A DNA stretch of 64,000 bases from Lytechinus pictus. Taxonomy: Eukaryota. A program made the position numbers and the translations under genes. Below the pieces are notes generated by a model that saw only the letters and a program-made list of their open reading frames with translations, ran no database searches and was not told the origin of the DNA. The DNA is taken from positions 26,042,001 to 26,106,000 of the forward strand of contig NC_087245.1 of the NCBI RefSeq assembly GCF_037042905.1. Reading direction: 5' to 3'. Within the stretch, counting starts at the first letter, position 1, and each line of letters opens with the position of its first letter. Shown piece after piece: positions 1-64,000 of this stretch.

Positions 1-1320
1 TTTGAGATGTGGTGTAAAAAGCACATCAGTTCATGGGTGATTGTGAATGTGAACAGTACCGTTCCTTGAAATGACCCTCACCTATAGTGTTCTATGGGAT
101 TAGGCCATACTACATGTATACATCGGATTATGGTGTGTTCTAGGGTTATATGGTGGCCATGAGAACGTTTACCAGTTTTGCATGATCCTTTGACCTCACT
201 GCCCAATGCTGAGTGTTATGTTCCCATAGCAACCATGTTGAAAAAGGTTGCTTTTATATTTTTAATAGGGCAAGGGCACTTTTCAAAAGGCTCATATTTA
301 TACCACACAAATTGGAAAAATTAAAAGGGCACAAAAATCTCTCGAGGAAAGTGTGAAAGGGCCATGCTTGAGACCATCCAAGGCCATGACCTTGGATTAA
401 TTTGAAGGCCTGGGTTTGCTGCATTGTTGTGAATGGGTTCACTCCACTGCAAATCGGCTCAGTGGGGACTGGTTCAGAGAGTGATCCGATCGGGGTCTTT
501 TACTTTTGTTTTTAACTTGAATGGTATGGTGTATGCTAGAAAAACCTTGAATATTAATTTCAAAAGTAGATCAGTTTAATAGATGTCTCCTTGTCGTCAG
601 ATGTAGATTTCGTTTTGGGAGTACATAATTTCATGTACATGTATGTACAGTACATAGTCTGTCAGCTGCTCCCATTTCAAGATTTGTTACAATTTCTATG
701 ATATTCTCTATAAGCCAATCAAATTGACAACATTAACATCTTTAAACTGTCATTGAAACTTTGTTATTCAAATCTACATTTAACAAGCTTAAAAAATGAA
801 GCCCCACATCAGAATCATTGAAATTAAGCATCAATTGCATTGTTTTTATTATGTTGTCACTCTCAGTCTTTTTCAATATATGCACAGCATCCTGCACTTT
901 AAATTATCGTCAAGTATAATTATCTCTGTTTCATGATATACATGTATTCCATTTGGAATAAAACTGCACTTGTGTCTCCAAAGTGAGACACTCTACCATA
1001 CAAACTGACCATAAGTTTACCTACATTTGTACATGTACATGTATTCACAGTTCATTGCCATCACCAGCCAAATCAAAGCATCTCCTTTGATGACTGCGCA
1101 CCCTTTTCACCTCTATGGTTCATTAATGAAGCATGTAACAATCAATAATTAGTTCCCATCATTGACACAATACAGTCTGGCAGCAAGTACGGTATGTTTT
1201 TGTAATTTATAATGATGAGGAGAAAGGGAGGAGAGGTTGCCATGTGAAGGCCTACTTGTACATGTACAAACAAAGACATAATTTTCAGAAAAATATAGAA
1301 CCTTTTCAATTTTTTGTCAG

Positions 1321-1520
1321 GACTGAGAAATAGGAGGCGCCGCTGTTCTATACACAGTATGGCTGCAGCGGCGGAGTCCTCAACATCAAGTCTTTACTAT
1401 GGTTCACAAGTTTTTAAAATTTTGTCATAACTCTGAAAATGTACATGTAAGGACCTACATTAATTAATTATGGTTAAGAAGATTTTGAATTTTTATAAAA
1501 TGCCTAATTCAAGTCCCTAT
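1321..1520 (+). mobile_element. Decayed 5' fragment of the Helentron-like (HINE) family seen at 16474 and 24814
   Basis: Shares tagg..cgccgct, gcggcgg..gtc..caacatcaa.tctt and cataact..gaaa..tat..ggaccta motifs with those copies. Confidence 0.45.
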
Positions 1521-1974
1521 TCCGTATAATTGTCAGGTATCAGCAAGTGGATTAATTAGTAAGTATATTGAATTTGGTTACTAAACCAAGGTCATACAGG
1601 TCATTTGGGGTATAAATAAACTGCTGTTTTGATTTGATTCATTGATTAATTTTCGTCTACTAACAATATAATATAACATAAATATAACAACAAATGTTAA
1701 ATTGAGATTATTTACATCACTCTGCTTTGGTTTTAATATTGATACATATTCATTTTGTGTGTGAGACACTTTATGTAAATTGAATTACTTTTTATAAGTG
1801 TTATAAATAGGTTGTTGACCTTTCATAACTTGTAGAAATACATGTATGAAGAAAAACTAATTGATTTGAACAGTCATTCAGGGAAGCCTCTGAATTATGC
1901 CTGAATTTGTTTGGTCTCAATCTCATAAAAAATATCTTGTTCCTTTTGTAATTAATTAAGTGAGTAATTGAAAT

Positions 1975-2130
1975 AGTAAGTAAGTAAAATAAGTAAGTAC
2001 TGTATGAAGTAGGCAAGTAAAGTAAAGTAAGCAAGTAAGTGAATATATGTAGGTATTAAAGTAAAAGTAAAAGTAAAAGTAAAATAGTAAGTAAGTATTA
2101 AGTAAATAAGTAAGGAGTAAAGGAAATATT
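1975..2130. repeat. Degenerate (AAGT/AAAGT)n simple repeat
   Basis: Runs of aagtaagt and aaagtaaaagt. Confidence 0.8.
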
Positions 2131-2878
2131 AAAGTGAGATTTGCACACCAATATTACTTTCCCACTTGCTTTGGAGCAGTTCATTTTTTCCATAACAATT
2201 GCTTTATCAAAAGTGAACTTTACACCTTTACAGAACAGTTTATTCTGAAGGTTATGTCAATGTATTGATACAAAGAAATCAATGGTTTATCACAAATGGT
2301 ATGGTTGAGAGCAGATAATCAGAATAGTTGTGATACAGTGGCTTGGAATTACTACATGTATGAAGAATAAACCAACAAAGAAGTGTTGCATTCATGCACA
2401 TGCGTGTCAGGATTGTATAATACGTACAATATATTCTTTCTTTTGAAATACTACATACATGTAATAGCCTTTTTACACTTGCAAAGATTTCCTTAACCCT
2501 ATGTACATGTAGGTGGTTCTAAATTGCCATTTACCCCCACCTACATGTGTACAAATGTAGTATGGGGTTGAGCTTAGCCCACTTTTTACACAGCATTTTT
2601 GCAAAGTGGGCTAACCCCATATTGCAGGATTATTTGGCCCTGCAAAATAGCCCGGGGGGGGGGGGGGGGGTACTTACGAAATAAGGCATACGGGGATGTG
2701 CTGCTGGAATGGGTCGCTTTTTTGGAAGAAATCCCTAAACATGGGGTATGGTTTTATGCTGGAAAATCCCCTTAAAAAAAGTAAAGTAAAATCAGACAAA
2801 CAAATTGGAGCTAATAATGTCATATTTCCAGCTATTCTTTTAATAAGATTCAATCACTTTATACAGGTACATATACAT

Positions 2879-5800
2879 GGTCATTTTCAAACGTGAGTGA
2901 CACGACAATCGGAGAGGGTTAAGGGCTCATATCTTTAAACTTAAAAGTTATGAATCAATCATGACTACTGTATTATATACAATGTAGGACTGGCATGGGC
3001 CACTACCAGTTTGATTTGAATTCTACAATTTGTTAAGTACATGTAGATATGATTGAAAAATGATGCGTGAGTGACACGACAAATTTTAGACATGGGTTTG
3101 TGACCATTATCACTTATGATTGGAGTCGTGCCCAAGTAGCTATCTAGGAGTACTGTGAGTACCCATACATGTATGTAAATAGTGTACCTATCTAGCACAT
3201 ATAATCAGAATCAATCAAACCTTCTCAATGGAAAATGGTGCCCTCCTACATGTATATACCGTGAGTGACACGACATCCAAAACGTGAGTGACACGACAAG
3301 TGCAAAATTACAACATTTATCTCAACAACGAAAGTATTTTTGGCATGATGTACAAGAGTGAAATCCCATCAACCAAAAAACAAGCTTAATTACATAACAA
3401 CTGCCTTCTTCAAAGTTGATAATGTGTCATCCTAATGATTTATTCTTGGTTTATGGTCATATTTGCCCATCAACTCACATTCCATATACCATACCGCATT
3501 ATTGTCACACTCGGGCTTCTACCACTCTCCTCTTTGGAGGAGGAAGCACTTGAAGGAGGCGTTATGTGGTCTTGGCATTGACATCAACTCAAACATTCTT
3601 TTTGTGGCCTGATTTCATTCAAAACTTTAACTCTTTCTCCCTATCTGTATATGACAGTTTACGGGTTTACAATTCAGCATCAACAACTGATGGAATAATT
3701 TTTCCTTGTAAGAAAGGTATTCTCAATAGTCACTCGCATCATCTGGCATGGTCTGGTAGCCAGTGCTGTCATGTATCATGTATGACTCCTTTTTCTTGAA
3801 ATATTGGATTACAAAATTATCCTCCTTAAAGGTCAAGTCCACCCCAGAAAAATGTTGATTTGAATAAATAGAGAAAAATCAAACTAGCATAATGCTGAAA
3901 ATTTCATCAAAATTGGATGTAAAATAAGAAAGTCATGACACTTTAAAGTTTCGCTTATTTTTCACAAAACAATGGTATGCACAACTCGGTGACATGCAAA
4001 TGAGACAGTCGATGATGTCCCTCACTCACTATTCCTTTTGTTTTTTATTATTTGAATTATACAATATTTCATTTTTTACAGATTTTGCAATAAGGATCAA
4101 GTTGACTGAACCATATAGTATCATACAATACCGATTCAACATGTTCAGGGAGGAATTAATAGTTGTTTCACTTGACAATGCGGAGAAAATTAGAATATTT
4201 CATAATTCATATAATAAAATACAAAAGAAATAGTGAGTGGATGACGTCATCAGTCTCCTCATTTGCATATTGAACAGAATGTGCATATGACTGTTTTGTG
4301 AAATCAAGAGAAACTTTAAAATGTCATAACTTTCTTATTTTACATTCGATTTTGATGAAATTTTCAGTGTTACGCTTGTTGGATTTTTCTCTTTTTATTC
4401 AAGTCAACTGTTTGTTGTGGTGGACTTGTCCTTTAAATATTTTAGGCATTGTCCAAATAGGACTTGGCAGCTTCAATGTCTTTTTTTTGTACACTGTACC
4501 AAACCACATTTACTTGGCTGCACACTTCAGATGGACTATTATTAGCAAATACTTTAGAAACTTTAATAGGGATCAAGTTCAACTCATCAAGCATTGGTTT
4601 TCTCCTGAACTCTGCTTGTATGTGGACCCCTCCAAAGGCACTGTACCAAAATTCGGATCTATGATTTTCAGCAGGAATCTTGCAAGCTGCTTTTCATTGC
4701 TAATTATCATATTTGATAATAAACCAAACCACGGGTAATACATGGAAAGCCACGAGGTGAAAGACACGTAGTCAGTACCTGATTCTTGCAAAAAGCCACA
4801 GCACAGTCTGTTGGTATTACCTACAACTAAAAGTCATTAGCCTTTCCTTTGATGAGCCCTTGGATGTTATACTGAAATTCAATTCAGCATCCCAAACCAT
4901 CAAATACTCCCCCTATACCTCCATATGGCATAGCTTTTTCCCCACGAGGTCCAGCTCAGTTCTAACCAGGGTACCCGGACCCCCAAGAAAAATTGATCTA
5001 CATGAAAACATGGCAACTCACCAAAGTTGCTCAAATGCAATTCGGTCTTGGTTGGTACTTGTTGGGACCTACATTGTACATACCAGGGTATACATAATTT
5101 ACTCTATCAATTTGTTGTGTGTAATGCAAATCTGCTCTGAACCCGCATCGGCCCGCTCACGGTAGTTTGCTGTGCAGACCCTAGTTCATCACTAGTGGTA
5201 CGAATGGCGGCCGAACAAAGAATGATTTTGAACCAGGCATGTAGCTACTTCAAGCAATATACAAAATGCTTTTTTGAATCTCAGTAATTCTCACCTGATA
5301 TGTTCTTGCAAAAAAATTGTTTATTTCATTCATGTCCTCGAAAACAGGCTATGTGGCAAAAAAGGTTAATTTTAATTTTAATTAATCAGAAGGGAAATAG
5401 TTTTTTCTGATTTTGAAAGAATGTTTGGTGTTCACGGAGATCTCTTCATACACTTTTCTACCATTAGAATATTTTATCTATTTCTGCAAATTTCAAAATA
5501 AGATCCCTGACCTTGCTAGCTTTAAACCTTAAGACAAAGAAATAACATTCCTAAAAAGATAGGTGAACGTTCTGCTCATTTTCGTAATTATGGAGACAGA
5601 GAATGTTCAAGTTATACCTGACTATAAACTTGAACCATCACCAAATCTTTATGCACTGTAAATATGTTCATTACTATGTATAGTGGTTTTTCTCTTGATA
5701 TATTTATAATTTTGTGTCGATTGATTACATGTATGTTAGTATATTCTTTTATCTCAGTACATCATTAAAATATGAATTAGGATCTGAGTCTTCACACAAA

Positions 5801-6617
5801 TGGAAAGTTGTCAGGATTTTTGAAACTGAGGAAACCTTGGAGAGGAAAGAAAATAGATGAACTAAATGTCAAATTCAATATTTCCCTTGATAGGGGTGAA
5901 GTTGGGAAAATAGAAAAAAATATTAGCCTTACATAGGCCTAAATGATGTCAGGAACAACATTTTGACTACATCCCTGAATTTATCTCGTAAAATGCTTTC
6001 AAAATTATTTGATGTTCTTTTTTATACACAATATGAGACCGTGAGTGACACGAGATTTCGTGAGTGACACGACTTTGTGAGTGACACGACACAACTTTAA
6101 CAGTTAATTTTAGCTTAACCTTAACACATTGGACCAAGTTACTTTATATACAATAAGGTATGGGAAAACTGTATTTGCTCCTGTACTGGAATAAATTAAT
6201 TTTCAGAATACACAGCTCTAGAAAACTTTTTGTCTTTACAACGTGAGTGACACGACAACCAGTTTTGAAAACTTTAAAGATCTACTTTTTTCAGAAAAAC
6301 ACTTCAGATAATTTTATTTTTGTTATTTAAGAGTTAGATACAATACAGAGCTTGTATCTTGCCAACAAATATGCTTCTAATACAAATTTTATATTGTGAT
6401 AGGCAATATGTGAATTTTAATGCAAAAATTAGCATTTTGTAACATTAAATTTCCCTTGCACTAAATTCACTGTATTTCAAGACACAACGAATAATTTTAT
6501 GTAACTGAAATGGAAAAACATACTTTGAGATGTCTAGTTTCAAAAACCATTGAAGCCTACTGATTTCTAGCAAGTTTTAATTTTCACCCCCATGTCCACT
6601 TATGTTTGAAAATGACC
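2879..6617. mobile_element. Old DNA transposon, about 3.7 kb, with GGTC termini and a 4-bp TSD (Sola-like?)
   Basis: Imperfect TIR GGTCATTTTCAAAC(G/A)T(G/A)AGTG at both ends; ACAT on both flanks; 8 direct copies of GTGAGTGACACGA near the ends. Confidence 0.65.
3830..4432. mobile_element. Foldback MITE with TTAA TSD and AGG..CCT ends (Kolobok-type, non-autonomous), nested in the 2879-6617 element
   Basis: TTAA at 3826-3829 and 4433-4436; about 120-bp imperfect inverted arms (aggtcaagtccacc / ggtggacttgtcct). Confidence 0.85.
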
Positions 6618-9600
6618 ACATGTAGTTTATTAGTTATCAGATAATTAATAAAGAAATTTTCAGCATTCTGAAAAAGAATACATGTACATGTATAGGTCAT
6701 GTCAAAGTCATGAGGCCTTGTCAAAGGCTTGATCATCCATGGATGAAGTATTGGTTCCCTGAATATCATCCATGAATTTTTAATATTCTTCTTGATCATT
6801 GGATTTAAAAAAAACTTAAGAGTGGAGGAAATACAGTACATGTACATCAATTGGGGAAGAAATCCTCCACTTGAGAATGATGGCAGATTGTGCTTTGGAG
6901 AGATTGTTAGCCTGCATACTGTACATGCACATGTATGTGAAAAAGGTGGTAACTAAAAGAGGCTAAAGGCCAGCTAGAGGCCAGCTAGAGTTCCCGGTTC
7001 AAACAAATACTTTATGTGAATTTGTGAAACCCTCTTTGATCCATGATTTTGGAACTTTACATGTACCGGGTAGGTCTATGCCTCCTGCATTCACAAGACT
7101 TAAACTTCAGAAACATTGTTTTGAAAATCATCAAAGAAAGATTCCAAATCAGTATTGTTTTTCAAAGAATCATTGTTGAAAAACAATACTGCTTTTGGCT
7201 CATTTTCATTGATTCACATAATAGCATGAAGTTACAAATTCACATCTTTTGGTAATGTGAATTACATGTACATTGTATATTGCACCATTTTGAAGATGTA
7301 CAGTATGTACATGTACATTGTACAATACATATAGGCCTGCTTCATGTTGCTGCTTGATGAAAAGGTGAACATTATGGTAAGCTGAAGATCTCACAACTAT
7401 GATTTACATGTAGGGCATGTACATGTACATGTACATTCTCAACAAAAATGTCATTATCTGTGGTATGTGCAAAATAAACTTCATTTCATGCTTCAAATAT
7501 CCATGCTACCTTGGAGAAATTCCTGCAAATACTTCACAATTTAAAAAGTAGGCCTACATTGTGCTGTACAACTTATTTGCTCGTACATATGTTATGCATT
7601 TTCTCTCAGGGACATTCCAAGTATATATTATGTCAAAATACCAGGGTAGTTTCTGATTGGAGGGGTCCTGCTCAGGAAATACAACCTATTTCTTGTAATC
7701 GGGTCAGTGTGAAATCACCTTGCATGTCTTTCATGAAGTTCCAATTGATTATCTGTGATTTCTGGGGATTTACTTGAATGTAAATACACTGCAAGAGGGA
7801 AATTCATTGCTAATGGATACACGTTCTGATTGTTCTAGGCAAACGTATACAGTGTGCACACTCACAGGGACTCTGTCTCCCTTGCAGGTTTGTGGATGGG
7901 GGAAGTAGGAACAAAGAATTGCTTTCCCTGTGTGGATGGGCCAATGAAAGCCAAGGAAAGCAGTTGCCCATGTCATAATATGTGAAGAAATGAAAGAAAT
8001 GTGAGCCTTGATCTCCTGTTCTACCCCCTCCTGATAGGAGAAGGTTCGAAAATTATGTACATGTAGTTGCTTGATAAAAACATTGTAATTTTTTTTCAAT
8101 CATTCCCCTTTCCCCCCATTACATGGGACACACAGTGTGAACACAATATTACTCTAGGAGACTCCAAGACACAGTTCTCACTACCTTCCTAAAACTAAAA
8201 ATACTAAAAACTAGTTTAACATGTAGTGAGAACATTCAAAGCGATCTTGGAAGCGATCTTCCAAACCGGTTCAGAAAATCACCTCGAGATGTAGTTTTCA
8301 AGATCGCTTTGCCTCGTTAAACTGGTTTTAGCGCAAGTGAGGACACAACCGTTCTTCAGGAAGCGATCTTCGCACATTTTGAGCGCGCTACTCCACATGA
8401 CAGGTGTAGAATGCCGCTGTGGTTTCAAATTTTGCATGAAAATCAGCGAAAAACTGAGTTTATCAGTGAAAAGCTAAGTTTATCGGCGATACACTGAGTT
8501 ATTTCGCCTTTATGGGTCAAATGGCGTGCCATAAATGTATATGTAAATTAAATTGTTCAAGATGACAAGGAGAAAATTGATATATTTTCGCAAGGCAAAA
8601 TATATCTTGGTTGAAGTGACTGAAGAGACTTGCCACCTCTGACAGGTGTGAGTCAATCAGAGAGGCTGTTAGCGCTCCATTGACTGAGAAGTAAGACCAA
8701 ACACACAGGCAGGGGTTAATTCAGGAAATTATGATAAGATCTCAATCAATTAAAGCCTGACTGATGTATATAGCTCCCTAGAGAGGTGTCCTCAGGAAGC
8801 AATAGCATTAAATATTTCCTCCGGTAGAGGTGCTTTCATACCCACAGGATACACAGAAAATGCTTGGTATATATTGTTAATTGGATTCTACCTCAATTAC
8901 TGATTGGTGTAATGCTGTCTGGTCCAATGTCCACATCGTCTATCATTTGGTTTATTTTCTTGTATCATTTTTGTTTCCTCCATGATTTGTGCAATAACCA
9001 AATGGTCCAATCAGGGATGTACATTTAAAGAAAAGGGTTTGACATGTTTGCTTATTCTCCACTCATAATGGGATGAAATTTGATAAGCCTATATTGGGGG
9101 CGGGGTGTGATTTATGAAATCAAGGATCTGAGACTCGCCTCCCTAATCAACATAACAATCAAGTGAGGTGATACATGGGATGTAAAATCATGCTGGTACT
9201 ATCAAAGCTATTTGGTTGTGAAGTTGACACCTTTACAAAATATTTAAAAGGTAATGAAATTTTAATGAGATAAAAAAGGTTCCTGACTGTGTACAGTAAA
9301 CATACATGTACATGTACAAGGTTTCCTGCCTTTTGAATTCTGTACAAAAATGTCTTGATAGAGAGGGCTAGGGGTGTGGTTCTCTGGATGTAAGCATCCC
9401 AGATTCAAAGGGAGAAATCCTATCTCAGCATGCAATGTGAAATCAAACTCTCTCTCTCTCTCGCTCTCGCTCTCCCTCTCATATTTTGCTTTATTTTTGC
9501 CGGCAAATTAAAAAGGAAATCTTTGATATATCTCTTGACTTGAACTCTTCTCCAGTGAACACAGACAGGAGAATCTGTGTATCCTATTGAAAAATAATTT

Positions 9601-10201
9601 CCAATTCTTTATAAACTTGTATCAAAGTGAAATAAGTGGTTAGAGATGTGGATATATGTAGACCCTGAATATTCCTTGAAGAAATGTTTCTATTCTGTCA
9701 GAAAGTATTATAATCTTTGAAACAGAGGAGAGGACCTGTGAAAAACATTGTACGTTGACAATGCAGGGAATAATTTTGCTTTCCAAATTAGAATAGCATT
9801 TTTGGTCGTAAGAGAAAAGCTCTCAACTACGTATTACAGTCTTATGTAAAAATATGCTATACAAAAGACTTTATGCATAGCAGTCTTTCAAAAAAGGGGA
9901 GCAAATTGCGATGCTATACCAGGAAAACTATTCCCTGCACTGTATGATAGAACTGCTTTTTGGAGTTTTATAGATGGCAATGACATTATGAAAAATAATA
10001 TTTCTCTTATTTTCAATCAGATTTTGCCTCTTTACTGGCCTGTTTGTATTTTTCTAAAAATCCCATTATCATAATAGACTTACCCTTTAAAAGTTAGGCA
10101 TGTAAAATCATTATGACCATAGCTCAACCTCTTAATCTGTTTACCATACATTCCCTAGCGTTGAAATTCTTCTCTCTTGTGTATTTCTCTTCTGTTGACA
10201 G

Positions 10202-63409
<53,208 letters not shown>

Positions 63410-63756
63410 GTAAAGATAATATCATCTACACTTTATTGATTTTTATTTTGTAATTCTGGCATTGTTTGTGAATAATGAATGAAGTACACAATATTTGCAC
63501 AAACCATTTTGCTGTCTATGAAATATGGTATTTAAATATGTTAGTTTGTCTTATGGAAGATGAAATGTATCGTCTCAAGACAAAACTGTCTTTTATCTTT
63601 TTTTACTGTGCTTTATTCAGAATCGCCAAATAAGCATGGCCATGTTAGGGTTAAATAGACTTATTCTTCATTTGCAAACTGTATTGAGATGTCGTCTGCA
63701 CTACATTCAAAACTTTCATGGAGTTCATTGTTGTTTGATAATTGACCTCTTAATGT

Positions 63757-64000
63757 GGAGGATTATGGCCCAGTGGATTAATCTCCAGACTTTGAAACAG
63801 TGGGTTATGTGTTCAAATCCCAGCCATGGCATAATTTTTCCTTGGCAAAAATTGATACCCAAGTTGCTGCACTCTATCCAGATGAGGGAAATGGGTTGGG
63901 TACCTGTCAGGAACTTATTCCTTGAAACGCAGTGCGCGTAACAGCTGCTCTGCTTGAGCCGAGGTAATTACGCTGCTTTACTGTAGAGTGCTTTAGGGAC
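63757..64000 (+). mobile_element. tRNA-derived SINE, runs off the window end
   Basis: tggcccagtggatta A-box-like; gttcaaatccc B-box; tgctgcactc...gggtacctg central motif; homologous to the 30556 copy. Confidence 0.72.

Noticed and set aside
2652..2775. CCCGGG-poly(G) element end, and poly-G G-quadruplex sites across the window
   Set aside because: No partner terminus found. Poly-G runs are frequent here, often repeat-derived, and show no evidence of function.
1..10200. Promoter, signal-peptide exon or further LDLa exons
   Set aside because: No convincing ATG plus hydrophobic leader with a donor and no Cys-patterned exon found by eye; probably part of a long early intron.

Overview
AT-rich animal genomic DNA with no prokaryotic features; the repeat content suggests an invertebrate deuterostome such as a sea urchin, which is inference. 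The window is dominated by one large + strand gene, an LRP1 (LDL receptor-related protein 1) ortholog. I traced 48 coding exons from 10202 to 63409 that splice in frame into about 2,517 codons: LDLa x3, EGF, cbEGF, YWTD propeller, EGF, propeller, EGF, LDLa x8, EGF x2, then (propeller-EGF) x4. The signal-peptide exon and the 3' half of the gene are not seen. Introns hold many non-autonomous transposons, tRNA-type SINEs and microsatellites. The most interesting observations are (1) a probable U2-type AT-AC intron that overlaps a 4-nt-shifted in-frame GT-AG alternative, (2) a GC-AG intron, (3) a 4.9-kb stack of four nested transposon types in one intron, (4) strong enrichment of the palindrome TACATGTA in old intronic DNA, and (5) a tandemly quadruplicated exon/donor junction. 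All coordinates were read by eye and no searches were run.
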